A DNA stretch of 63,992 nucleotides, filler included, from Octopus bimaculoides (lineage: Eukaryota), in the NCBI RefSeq assembly GCF_001194135.2. It is 4 parts of 3 records of this genome, joined end to end, with 100 filler letters (N's around TTAATTAATTAA, not from the genome) between each part and the next. Parts side by side here need not be neighbours in the genome. Positions count along the whole stretch, not along the records: positions 1 to 14,815 come from NC_068984.1; positions 14,916 to 29,825 come from NC_068984.1; 2 more parts are not named here. One strand, written 5' to 3'. The notes beneath the pieces were generated by a model. It did no database searches. It was not told where the DNA came from and worked only from the letters and a program-made list of their open reading frames with translations. Below, piece by piece: positions 13,778-25,999 of this stretch; within the stretch, counting starts at the first letter, position 1; each line of letters begins with the position of its first letter. Position numbers and translations under genes: made by a program.

Positions 13778-14051
13778 TATATATGTATGTGTGTATGTAT
13801 GCGTGTAAAAGTTTTTGTAGAACAAATTCGATTCAGTCACAGTATTCAAAGAAAGATTTTTAAAAGTTATTAACTATTTAAAAAAAGAAATCATTTAGAG
13901 AACAGAATGTCACAGAGCTTTGGGAAAGAACTTTTCTACACACTTTACAGAAACTTCTTCCTCAAAGGTTTATGACATTCTGTTCTGTAAATAATTTTTT
14001 TCAAATAGTTAATAACTTTTAAATAAATCTTTCTTCAAATACATACATACA

Positions 14052-14098
<47 letters not shown>

Positions 14099-14417
14099 NN
14101 NNNNNNNNNNNNNNNNNNNNNNNNNNNNNNNNNNNNNNNNNNNNNNNNNNNNNNNNNNNNNNNNNNNNNNNNNNNNNNNNNNNNNNNNNNNNNNNNNNNN
14201 NNNNNNNNNNNNNNNNNNNNNNNNNNNNNNNNNNNNNNNNNNNNNNNNNNNNNNNNNNNNNNNNNNNNNNNNNNNNNNNNNNNNNNNNNNNNNNNNNNNN
14301 NNNNNNNNNNNNNNNNNNNNNNNNNNNNNNNNTATACATATACATATACATATATATATATATATGTAAGTGTGTATATATATATATACATACATATATA
14401 CATAGACACAGACACTC

Positions 14418-14455
<38 letters not shown>

Positions 14456-14815
14456 ATACACATACATACATGTGTGTGTATGCAAGTTAGTGCATAAGTG
14501 CAAAAACAAGGTGGTAAAAATAATACTCAAATACCAAAGGTAGAATGAAATGCTATTTTATTAAAGCTGAAAATGACTTCAGAAACTGTTACCCAGAGTT
14601 TCATGTGGCCGTTTGTCAGACAGTTGTGATAATACAGAATTATGAAGTTTTATAAATTGCGAATATATATATATATATATATATTTTGTAGACACCAGTT
14701 GAACGAAAAGGCTTTATATATATACATCTAATCGATGTATATATAAGCTACCAGGTGTTAAATGTATATATAAGTGTGTGTGTATGTATGTATATATATA
14801 TATATATATATATAT

Positions 14816-14915
14816 NNNNNNNNNNNNNNNNNNNNNNNNNNNNNNNNNNNNNNNNNNNNTTAATTAATTAANNNNNNNNNNNNNNNNNNNNNNNNNNNNN
14901 NNNNNNNNNNNNNNN
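14816..14915. other. artificial scaffold spacer N44-TTAATTAATTAA-N44
   Basis: An identical 100-bp construct recurs at 29826-29925 and 48561-48660. The 12-mer gives stop codons in all six frames. Confidence 0.95.
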
Positions 14916-15925
14916 ATATATATATATATATATATACATACACCTATAAATTTTCATAATTTTACTTATACCTTATAAATGAATATTTTATTCTTTTATT
15001 AACTATAAATTTACCTTATTTATATTTATCTTTCCTCAATCATCTCTATTTACTTTATTGTTCAATTTATTTACTTTATCCCTAATCATATTCTAATCAA
15101 CCTGTAGCATATAATCACCTGAGCATATAATAACCTGAACATATAATAATAAAAATCATAAACCATAACATCTAGTCTGCTTTTTTTCTCTCTGATGAAA
15201 TTATACTCATGTCACATAAATGTAAATTTAATATACAAATTTGTAATTAAATTATTGAGTATTAATTCAAACGGCTGTAAGAAGCAAAGATGACCAATTT
15301 CTTAATAATAAACAATTATTAACTTCCTTATCTCCATTTTCTTTTCTTCTTTTAAATGGATATAAACTATATATGTATACACACACACACACACACATAT
15401 CGTTATATTTTTGTATGGTCATTTTTTTCTTGCCAAACAAGCACACACACTATATATTCATTCTTCACTCATTTATTATTGTTTTTATTTTATCTTATGT
15501 CACACATTTATAACCTCTTCAGCTACTCTTCCATTCACATGTAGCCACCTACTCTATTTAGTCCATTCTCAGAGAATGGATTAAACAGAACAGGAAGATA
15601 CATGTGGAAGGAAGAGTCACTGAAGAGGTCACAGATAGCGTAGATTCCAATTATATTGGAATTTATTGCACGAAATATTGGGTGGGAGAGAGTGGGAAGA
15701 GGAGTTTCAGAAAATTCACATGAGTCAGCTGGGTTTTCCCTTAACTTTTGGAAAAATGGGTATTTTAAAATGAAAATTTCTACATATGCCTTTCAGAGCA
15801 TGTAAATTACAAGAACATGGGAGTTTGATGTGAGAAGAAAAATGGTGAGCACACTGACATATAAATATGGTGAGCATACTGACATAAAAATATTTTTCAA
15901 AATTTCAAGTTTCATTTTGTAGATA

Positions 15926-17428
15926 CAGTATTGCACAGAAAAAAGTTTCAGTAAAATTGCCATTACTCTGATAATATCAAAGGAAATCAAACAATTTATA
16001 CAGAATAAAATATACATGCAAACATTATACAAATTTGGAACACAAAACAACAAACATTTTCAAAGATATGAACAAAATATTAATTTTCAAACATTACAAA
16101 AATATCTACATCCCAAAGGAAATTTGCTATATTCAATATTTTATCCACTTTTTTTACTAAATTCAGATATTGCTGATAATTTCAATTCTAATAAACTATT
16201 TCTCGTGACATTTTTGCATCGGTCATTGTTATTGCATCTGCAGGAATTCTGATTTGTGTGCCACGATGAAAATCTTCTTCATTGTGATTAAAATGGTACC
16301 ATAAGGAAAAGAATTGTCTGCAGATTTGAAGAAAATTATTTTTAATTTGCACAAGAATGGTTTAGGATGAGAGTTATTTAGCAAATGAATACATATTAGC
16401 ATAAACACAGTTGCCGAAGTAATTCAGAAATACAAAGCTACTGGAAAGCTAAGCAATAAATATCGTCCAAGTTGTCCTATTTTAATTGTGCATGATATTC
16501 ACCACATCAAACGTTGTGTCATGGATGACAGGTGTTGTACCACTTCATCTTTGGCCCAAGAAATGTCTTCTGTTAGTGGAAAGAGTGTATCCACCCAAAC
16601 AGTTCACCGAAGTTTGAACCTATGTGGTCTTCATGGATGCATTCCTCATAGGAAGCCTCTCCTCACTACAAGGCATAAATCAAGTCGTTTTTCCTTAGCT
16701 GAAACCTATATGAGTAAGGGGAAGGAGTTTTGGAATAAAACTCTTTTTGCTGACAGGACTAAAATCAACTTGTTTGGGTCAGATGATATAAAACGAGTAT
16801 AGCGATGACCAAGTGAAGATAATAATAACAAATGAACTGTGCCTACCATGAAACATGGTGGCAGAAGTGTTATGTTTTGGGGATGCATGAGTGTGGCTAG
16901 TGTGGGAGGACTCACATTTATCGAGAGAACAATGGGTTCAAGGCTTTATTGTGACATATTACAGGAAACAATGTTGAAAAGCATCAAGGAACTAGGAAGA
17001 CATTCCATGTTCCAACATGATAATGACCCTAAATACACTTCAAAGGTAACGACTAAGTTTTTATCAGATAAAAAGGTAAAGGTACTGCCTTGGCCTACCA
17101 TGTCACCTGATTTAAACCTAATAGAACATCTGTGGGGCATTTTGAAAAAGAAGTTTGAGGAGAAAAAACCCCACGATGTAACACAGTTCAAAGACATCAT
17201 TCAAGATGAATGGAGGTTGATTTAATCAGTTATATGCAGAAATTTAGTCAACTCTATGCCCAGAAGACTTAATGCAGTCATTGAAAGCAAGGGTGGTTAC
17301 ACTAAATATTGAATATAACAAATAATCCTTTAGAGTGTACATATATTTGAAAATCCCTTCGATATTATCAGAGTATTGGCAATTTTAGTGAAATTTTTTA
17401 GGGGTGTACATATTTCTGTGAGATACTG
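15926..17428 (+). mobile_element. Tc1 (DD34E) DNA transposon, full length, inactive
   Basis: TA on both sides (15924-25, 17429-30). Imperfect TIRs of about 60-70 bp: CAGTAT(TG/CT)CACAGAAA...AAAATTGCCA.TACTCTGATAATATC. Confidence 0.93.
16293..17312 (+). pseudogene. Tc1 transposase pseudogene (340 codons, one frame, in-frame stops)
   Basis: MVP*GKELS..., KHGGRSVMFWGCM, QHDNDPK..SPDLNLIEHLW with 34 residues between D and E, C-terminus AVIESKGGYTKY*. Confidence 0.92.
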
Positions 17429-17580
17429 TATATGAGATGTGTATCAGAATGTATGTGTGCTGTCCCAACAATATTTTTTTCATATTAAATTTTGATATAA
17501 TCATAATCTACACACTCTGGGAGGTATTTGTAGAAAATTTCATGAAAAAATACACATTTTTCTGGTAGTTATGAGGTAAC

Positions 17581-18505
17581 TGTTATAAAGCAGTCTTTTG
17601 CCACTGTTGTATCTGTCATTGTACGATGGTTGTCACTCTGACAGATATTGTTATATTCCAAAGTAGTCGATAGGATGTTTCTATCTGGCACTGTACAGCC
17701 CCCAGTCATACAGTGTTATTATCCTCAAAAGGCCGGATCATTATAATGCCCAATCAATATCATAGTAGAATTACTATATCAGCACAGACACAACTATCAA
17801 CACAATCTACATGTACTCTGGTACTCTACATACTCTGTCGTAATACTGGTCGACATCACCTTACTTATAGTGACTGGAATGATCCACTTGAAATGTGGGA
17901 GGAGTGTACAATTATTACTAATTCCCTACATCTCTCCTTTTAAGTTTTTCTCAGGAAGTGTCATTTTATTTAGCAATAATATTTTTATTCACCCTCACCT
18001 CCCTTCTTTGATTTCTTTTTTTTCTGAACAATTTAATATTTTTTTCTCTTGGCATCTATTTACAGGAACTGTATGTTTTCTTTTCCTTACACTTGTACGC
18101 TTGGGTTCAATTGCCTGCAGTGTCGTTGGTACTTGGAACATATCATACAACTATTCCACGGGTTCTTCCAACTTCTTTGGCTCACTTTCCACAAATTTCT
18201 TTTTCAGCTGGTTCCTGTAGTTGTACTTTTTTCTTGTCAGACCAATTTTTACATTCTTCTATGAAAATTTCTTTGTATCTTTGAAAATATGCAGAGAAGA
18301 TAATCCCTTCTGATTTATAGCTGAATTCCTCAACTGAATTTACTATGCTGTCTGGTGAGTAAGAACCTGAAGTATTTTCAGACTTCTTCAACATTAATTC
18401 CAGCAACTGTTGGTTTTGTTGTTGCTGTTGTAGTTGCACCACAGAGGACAATAAGCCCTCCATTTTAAATAATTTTTCTTTAATTTTGTACCAGAAAGAA
18501 AAATT
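17581..18505 (-). mobile_element. Ty3/gypsy remnant: gag N-terminus, large internal deletion, PPT and 3' LTR (17581-17930)
   Basis: LTR TGTAGG...ATAACA preceded by the purine tract AAAAGGAGAGA. ORF 18182-18463 FSYKSEGIIFSAYFQRY..W.DKKKV resembles gypsy gag. The 3' internal region is similar to 34430-34520. Confidence 0.7.
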
Positions 18506-18774
18506 CTAAATATCCAATGCAAGCTTTAAACAACTCATTGCCACTTTTATATCCTGGTGTTGGATAAACAATTTAATGAAGCAGCAAGGAAAGAAAGTAA
18601 TCACATGATGCACTACGATTATTGTTGCATGAGGTTACCTGCTCTCTGCCAAAGACTCACAGTGAACTGCTTACCATCAATTGCTGACAACTCCATTTAA
18701 TAGAAATGTCTCTGTGCACTTTTAATCACATGGTAGGGTGGTCGGAATTCTTCCACAACAGTTATACAAACAGC

Positions 18775-19090
18775 CATTCTTAGTAGCTATACTGACAACA
18801 AAAAAGTAACACAAGTAGTCAAGAATTTTCTCAATGCTAATATTCTATAGAAAGGTCTAAATGTCATATGTAAATGGGCTGAAGAAAACAACTTGCCATT
18901 TAATGCAGGCAAACTCCAAGCCCTCCACTATGAACTAACAAAGATATGTTGGCCCAAAAGGAGCAGCAATCCCAGAGTCAAATACAGTGCAACAATGATA
19001 TGAGCAATGGTGCTTCATTTCAAGTATATACCACCAAGACGGTGAGAATGTGCAGGCAAATGACCAGATGGATTCTGAGAACAAGGAAGC
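18775..19090 (+). mobile_element. CR1/L2-type LINE RT remnant
   Basis: YTDNKKV..., ICKWAEENNLPFNAGKLQAL and RWILRT resemble the FADD..WA..N.M.FN..K.Q and GWILRTF motifs. Confidence 0.55.
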
Positions 19091-19269
19091 AGGAAATTAT
19101 TCTGATCCTATGGAGGACATTTGTCCTCAGCTGTCTGAACTGCATTTTATATTAGTCTGTCTGTGTACACATGTGTGTGTATACGTGTGTTTTAACACAA
19201 CAATCTCCATTTTATTTGCTCAAAGGTGTTGTGAGCTACATTAACTGTTAAGAGATTACTCTTCAGCTT

Positions 19270-19790
19270 ATCCTTATATCTGAACTATGGTCGGCCAACA
19301 TTCCTGTACCCACTATCAAGTCAGGTGTGCATAGGGACTTTGGGTATTCTTTTGTCACTCATTCTGATGACATGGCCAACCCAGCATAATTGTGACTGTG
19401 TAAGAAAGCTCTCGAATCCACCAATTTTACACTTGCTAAATTGGTCAACATTAGAAACTGCCTTTCAGTGAATAACTGCAGATTGTCCTAAGGCAGTCTT
19501 TATGAAAGATGTCTCATTGGTTAATGTACCACCTATAGAGTGTCATGATTCTGAGCCATACAGCCTTTGGGGGTGCAAAGCAAAAGGAGAAAAGTGGCTA
19601 TAAATATACCACATGCACTGACCCACAATCCTCATACTTGCAACATCTGCGAGCTTCTTTGTAAATTGTTGATGGGGCTGAAATGTCACATTCGACATAA
19701 GTATTATGACTAACAAAGAAAGTGTAGGTTACATTGAACCCAATGGGAGAGTTCATAATGCACACACATATTTATTCAATAACAAATTAA
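19270..19790 (-). mobile_element. old RTE LINE C-terminal remnant
   Basis: Minus-strand pieces LYGSES and RMSDKRIPK..GRP. Confidence 0.55.
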
Positions 19791-20219
19791 AAGCAGCATT
19801 AGTGGTGTAAACATTATTGATTGCATATAATCAATGAATGTTTTGTTTGTTTGCTGGGTTTGCTGCAAATAGTGCTTGGGAATGACCTTTATTAACACTG
19901 GGTGCTAAAGTCATATACAGGCAAGACATCTCACCTTGGACTGAATTCAGGAGTGAGGGATGCTGATATTTTGCTGTTTTTGTGGCTATCAATATCACAT
20001 ACCTGAATTGATCTGAAGCTGGTTGTCTCACCTGTATATGACTTTAAGGTGTTTCAACACCCAGTGTTATGAAGGAGTTGTTCCCTAAGTGCTATCTCAC
20101 AGCAAGTGCAGTGAACATGCAAAGCACATACATTGAATATGTGTGATCTATAATGTCTATATACCTATCAATCTATACACACACACACACACATATAAAA
20201 TGGGGTTCTTTCAGATACA

Positions 20220-20830
20220 CAGGGGTGGGCTAAAGTAGGAATATAGTTGCTTAATATGGGTGGAATGTTCTTTTCACTTTTCTATTTGTTTTTTAGGATA
20301 AAAATAATATGATTCTAAGTGATTCATAAGCTGACTAAGAGATCTGTGGAAGATGTCTAGTTTATTGGAAGCCCTCTTTTTTTTTCTGGGACTTTAAGTG
20401 AATGGTTAAGCCACAGGTATTTCATTTTCCTCAGTGGTAACTCTAACTAGTCAACCACTTTACTGTGCATTGCAGATGGACCCAGTCTGCTCAAATTTGT
20501 CACGTATTTTGTAAAATGCTAATCTTGATGGAGATCGTCTTTGAAATTCTTCGATCCATTTCTCTCTAACCATTTCTGCATTTTCTGTTTTCCAGGACTG
20601 CTTGATGATCTGCTTTCATTATATTCATCATAGGTGATCACTGATGATCACATTCATCATTGGTCAAATTTCCAGGCACATCATAAATATCTAAAATTAG
20701 GAATAATTATTTTATTATAGAAAGAATTAGTTAAAAACCATAGAATTCTTATCCTAAAAAAGAAACAGAGTAATGGATACAACATTTTACTCATGCTAAG
20801 CAGTTGTATACCTACTTTTTCTCACCCCTG
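20220..20830 (-). mobile_element. internally deleted Tc1/mariner-superfamily element
   Basis: About 39-bp TIRs CAGGGGTG(G/A)G..AAAGTAGG.ATA.A..TGCTTA..ATG with TA on the right. Minus-strand QIIKQSWKTENAEMVREKWIEEF..SPSRLAFYKIRDKFEQTGS resembles the DUF4817-type transposase HTH. Confidence 0.75.
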
Positions 20831-21074
20831 TATATATGTGTGTATGTATATATATTTCTTTGTAAGTTTGTGTCTCCTCATCTGGACATTGGGTGATTGC
20901 TGAAAATGAATGTCATTCATTTGCTATATCGTGCAGAACATATTTAGGTTGTAAGGAAGTAAGGGTTGGTAATAGGAATGGTATCTGGCCAAAGAAAATC
21001 TGCCTTAATAAACTTTGTCTAACCCATGCAAGCATAGAAAAGTGGACATGTGGACTTTAAAAATGAGGCTGAGT

Positions 21075-21105
<31 letters not shown>

Positions 21106-21108
<3 letters not shown>

Positions 21109-21290
21109 GGAGTGGCCATGTGGTAAGAAGCTTGCTTCCCAATCACATGGTTCCTGGTTCAGTTCCACTGCATGACAACTTGGGCAAGTGTCTTCTACTA
21201 TAGTCTTGGGCCAACCAAAGCCTTGTGAGTGGATCTGGCAGATGGAAACTAAAAGAAGCCTATCATATATATATATATATATATATATAT
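21106..21290 (+). mobile_element. SINE family A, 5' half ending in (TA)n
   Basis: Homology to the other A copies. Confidence 0.85.
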
Positions 21291-21322
21291 AAATGATCTT
21301 ATGGTTTGTAATACTAACTTCA

Positions 21323-24211
21323 GGAAACCTGCCAGCCACCTATTCCCCTACTGATCTGATGGACACCCTAGTCAAATTGATTACATCCTCGCCAGGAAAC
21401 GGGAAAGATGGCTCCTTATAAATGCCAAAACCTTCCCAGGTGAAGAATGCACCCCACAACATAGATAAGTAGTTAGCGACTTCAGGATCAGGGCGAAATG
21501 GATGTCCAGCATGGAGAAGAAGGGTCTGGAACTTAAGGATCCTGCAAATGGACAGAGATTTAGAGACGTATTACTTGATGCTTTTGACAAAATAGAGAGG
21601 TTTGTACAGGACAACCTGTTGAGAGCTACTGACTAGATCTGTTGATGGTGCAAAGACCCCTCTTGACCCAGGGTAACATGATGGTGGAACAATGTAGTTG
21701 ACAGGGCCATTGGGGAAAAGAAACAGGCATTAAAGGACAGGAAGAACAGTAGTAGCAGAGAATTGTATCAGACTGCCAGAAGGGAAGCTAGGAGCCAGGT
21801 TTATTTAGTCAGAGGGGAAGCAGATAAGAAAAAATTTGCCAATGTTCTGCCTCATGAGGACCAAAGACTTGGAGTGTTTCGTGTTGCAAGACGGTGTGTA
21901 AAAAAGAACTGTGATGTCATAGGAGAGAAATGTATCCACATGGATGATGGCTCACTTGCATTTAATGAAGCTGCAAGGAGAGAGACTTGGAGACGCCACT
22001 ATGAAAGGTTGCTAAATGAAGAGAATGAATAGGAGAAAGACAGTCTGCTGAATGTCGACCCAAAAAGAGGGACCAGCTATCTGAATTGACAATACCTTGG
22101 TAGATAAAGCAATTAACGGTATGATGACAGGGAAAGCCTCTGGCCCATCAGGAATCACCACAGAAATGCTTAAAATATTCGGTGGTGTCGGCTACAGTCT
22201 AGTCACCCATATAGTCAATCAGGTGATACATGAAGGAGTCATACCCAATGACAGGTGTAGCAGCACCATAGTCAACTGCTACAAAGGTAAAGGTAATGCA
22301 TTAGATATGAATGATTACAGAGGTATCAAGTTGTTGAATCAGGTAATGAAAGTCACCAAGAGGGTCATAGCCTAACTAATTAGGGAGAGAGTCAGTCAAA
22401 ATGAGATGCAGTTTGGGTTTGTGCCAGGGAAAAGTGCCACTGATGCTATATTTCTGGTAAGACAGCTGCAAGAGAAATACCTAGCCAAAGATAAACCCCT
22501 GTATCTGGATTTTGTTGATGTGGAGAAAGCCTTTGACAGGGTCCCCCCGATCTCTTATATGGTGGTCAATGCGGAAAGTAGGGATAGATGAGTGGTTAGT
22601 GAGAGCTGTACAAGCCATGTATAGGGATGCTGTCAGTAAGAAGAGGGTTGGCAACAAGTACAGTGCAGAATTCTGGGTAGGAATAGGGGTCTACCAAGGA
22701 TCAGTCCGCTCTTATTCATTATACAGATGAATTCAATACAGGATGCCCCTGGGAGCTTCTCTATGTTGATGACCTTGCTGTAATAGCTGAGTCACTATCA
22801 GAACTAGAGGAGCAGTTTCAGGTGTGGAAGCAAGGTCTAGAATCAAAGGACCTTAGAGTCAATCTAGTAAAAACCAAAGTCTTAATAAGTAGGAAGGCAG
22901 ACAAACTAAAAATCCCTTCAGGTAGATGGCCCAGCTCGATCTGTAGAAAAGGCGTAAGTAGAAACTCCATAAGATGTACCCGGTGTAAGCTATGGACACA
23001 TAAGAGGTGTAGCAATATCAAAGGAAGGCTAACTGGAAAGATAGTTTTGTGTGTGGCAAATGCTCAGGGGCAGTAAACACTGAAAATGTGCAGAAAACAG
23101 CTTCAGTCACATTCCAGAGAGAAAAACTAGAAGTAGTTGATAGCTTTCATTACGTAGGTGACCAAGTCAGTAGCAGGGGTGGTTGCTCTGAGTAGAGCTG
23201 CTAGAATAAGAACAGCTTGTGCAAAGTTCAGAGAGCTGGTGACAAAGGGCCTCTTGCTCAAAGTAAGAGGTAGACTGTATGACACATGGCAGTGAAACAT
23301 AGGCTGTGACTGCTGAGGACGTATAAACTTGCAAGGAATGAAGCTAGTATGCTCTGCTGGATGTGTAATGCCAGTGTCCATACACAGTGTCCATACACAA
23401 CTTCGATGAACGCTTTGATAAATATAATGTTTTCAACACCCATCTAGCTTATATTAACCATCTAGACATCAAAACAAACAGTGGTTTTGCAAAAATGAAA
23501 ACTACCTAAAAGTGTCTAAAATCGACTGGAAATCACAAAATAAGCATTTTCAAGTTTTGTTTCAAGTGTAAGCGTCCTGAGAGAAAAGTTGGACATAAGA
23601 AGCATCAGATGTGGTGTGCAAGAGAAACAACTGCACTGGTATGGTCATGTGTTGCATATGGATGACGACAGCTGTGTGAAAAAGTGTCACACCCTAGCAG
23701 TAGAGGGAACCTGTGGAAGAGGTAGACCAGGAAGACCTGGGATGAGGTGTTGAAGCACGACCTATGAATGTTGAGGTGATGATGAGTGACCGAGACCTTT
23801 GGAGATATGCTGTGCTTGAGAAGACCCCGCAAGCCAAGTAGGACTGTAACTGTGGCCTATACCAGTGCAGTATAACTGGCCCATTTAAGAGTACCCTTCA
23901 ATCATTGGGCAATAAACTGTGCTTGTGAAGACCTGTTGAGGCAAGGGAATTTGTTGTCATGACCGATGACAGTACCACCTGATTGGCACCTGTGCTGGTG
24001 GCTTGTTAAAAGCATCATTCAAGTGTGGCCGATGCCAGTACTGCCTGACGGGCTCTCATGCCGGTAGCATGTAAAAAGCACCTACTACACTCTCAGAGTG
24101 GTTGGCATTAGGAAGGGCATCCAGCTGTAGAAACATTGCCAGACTGGATTGGAGCCTGCCCTCGGTCAAACCATCCAACCCATGGAAAGCGGATGTTAAA
24201 TGATGATGATG
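21323..24211 (+). mobile_element. RTE-clade LINE, 5'-truncated and decayed, (GAT)n tail
   Basis: GKASGPSGITTEMLK, YRGIKLL, QFGFVPGKSATDAIF..RQLQEK, FVD.EKAFDRVP, GVYQGS, LLYVDDL, F.YVGD, LHWYGHV..M and RGRPGKTW; long 3' UTR. Confidence 0.93.
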
Positions 24212-24230
24212 TATGTATTTTTGTGTCAGT

Positions 24231-24382
24231 GTTTGTCCCCCTATCATTGCTTGACAACCAATGTTGGACTTAGCTGGTCAGCAAAAAGAAACCAATAGAA
24301 TAAGTGCCAGTCTTACAAAGTATAAGTCCTGGGGTCAAGCATGGCGACAATCAAATGAGGGAAACAAGTAAAAGAAATAGAA
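24231..24382 (+). mobile_element. SINE family A, 3' half
   Basis: TTTGTCCCC...GAATAAGT...GAAACAAGTAAAAGA. Confidence 0.75.
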
Positions 24383-24386
24383 AATT

Positions 24387-24420
<34 letters not shown>

Positions 24421-24501
24421 GTACCAGAGGTAGAGTTATATACTTTATTAAAAAGCAGCAAAAATATCAAAATCTGTTACTCAAAGTTTCATGTTCCCGT
24501 T

Positions 24502-24535
<34 letters not shown>

Positions 24536-24558
24536 CATATATACATATGAGTGAGTGT

Positions 24559-24945
24559 GGAGGCGCAATGGCCCAGTGGTTAGGGCAGCGGACTCGCGGT
24601 CAAAGGATCGCAGTTTCGATTCCCAGACCGGGCATTGTGAGTGTTTATTGAGCCAAAACACCTAAAGCTCCACGGGGCTCCGGCAGGGGATGGTGACAAA
24701 CCCTGCTGTACTCTTTCACCACAACTTTCTCTCACTCTTACTTCCTGTTTCTGTTGTGCTTGTAATTCAAAAGGTCAGCCTTGTCACATTGTGTGACACT
24801 GAATATCCTTGAGAACAACGTTAAGGGTATACGTGTCTGTGGAGTGCTCAGCCACTTGCACATTAATTTCACGAGCAGGCTGTTCCATTGATCGGATCAA
24901 CAGGAACCCTCAACGTCGTAAGCGATGGAGTGCCAACAACAACAA
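24559..24945 (+). mobile_element. SINE family D, full length, (AAC)n tail
   Basis: tRNA-like head TGGCCCAGTGGTTAGG / GTTTCGATTCCC; homologues at 54771 and 58804. Confidence 0.88.
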
Positions 24946-25317
24946 GTGAGTGGAAAATTGAAAGTAAAAGGCACTCAACACATTTAGTAAGAGTTACTTA
25001 TATCATTATTTTTAATTCAGTTTGATTTGGCTTCATGCAACTTAAAATTTCACAGGCTTCTAACAGAAACCCAGTTCATTCAGGCTTAGACAACTGAATG
25101 AAGAAACACAGGAAGTCTATAATGGCTACCGGAAGATGGGCTGCTATTGGTCAAGTTGGATCACATGGTATTGTTAGAAATGAGATTGGCATTTCAGTGA
25201 CACCAAATGAATTAGAAAGAAAAATTCCTTAGACTGCATGACTAGACAAGAAGCAAAGTTGGTGAGTGTGTGTTTGTGTGTATACTAGATGTATGAGTGC
25301 ATAAATGTGAATGTGTT

Positions 25318-25352
<35 letters not shown>

Positions 25353-25776
25353 ATGTGTTAGTAACTGCTACATACATGTGCATGTGCACAAACATATTTA
25401 GCATGCATGTATTGGTGTGTACATGTGTATGTACACTGAGTTTGTATATAAATGTATGACTGTGCATGTTTGTCCAGAAGAACATATAAGCATGAATGCA
25501 TTTTTGTCTGGTGTGTGCATTTGTATATACATATATGTATATATATGCATGCCTTTGGTTTTTATATGTGCAGCTGTGACAGGTGTATGCTAGTTTAATT
25601 CTAACAACATTGCAGGGGGAAGGAATAGGCTCTGGACTAAGGGTTTGTGGTGTGAGGGGGGAGAAAGAAGTATACATACATAGATGTGAGTGTGTGTGTT
25701 TGCGTGCACACATCAAGTTTATGGAGGCAAATGTAAGGGTTGCAGCGATTGCATTCATAATACACACACATATATA

Positions 25777-25999
25777 TAGGTGCAGGCGTGGCTGTGGAGT
25801 AAGAAGCTCACTTCCCAACCACATAGTTCCAGTTTCAATCCCACAGTGTGGCACCTTGGAAGAGTGTCTTCTATTATAACCAAAGCCTTATGAGTAGATT
25901 TGGTAGATAGAAACCGAAAGAAGCCTGCCGTATATGTGTGTGTGTGTTTGGGTCTTTGTGTCCGCATTTGTCCCACACCACTGCTTGAAAACCAGTGCT
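25777..25999 (+). mobile_element. SINE family A, 5' portion
   Basis: Homology to the other A copies. Confidence 0.8.

Noticed and set aside
14860-14871. TTAATTAATTAA palindrome recurring three times
   Set aside because: It always sits between exactly 44 Ns on each side, so it is a synthetic six-frame-stop scaffolding linker, not biology.
17640-17900. Apparent gypsy RT-like peptide (WIIPVTISK...CRLC)
   Set aside because: The region is better explained as the LTR (PPT, TG...CA ends, similarity to 33973-34421).
24559-24635. tRNA-like sequences at SINE heads (families A-D)
   Set aside because: The cloverleafs are incomplete and continuous with SINE bodies, so they are not tRNA genes.
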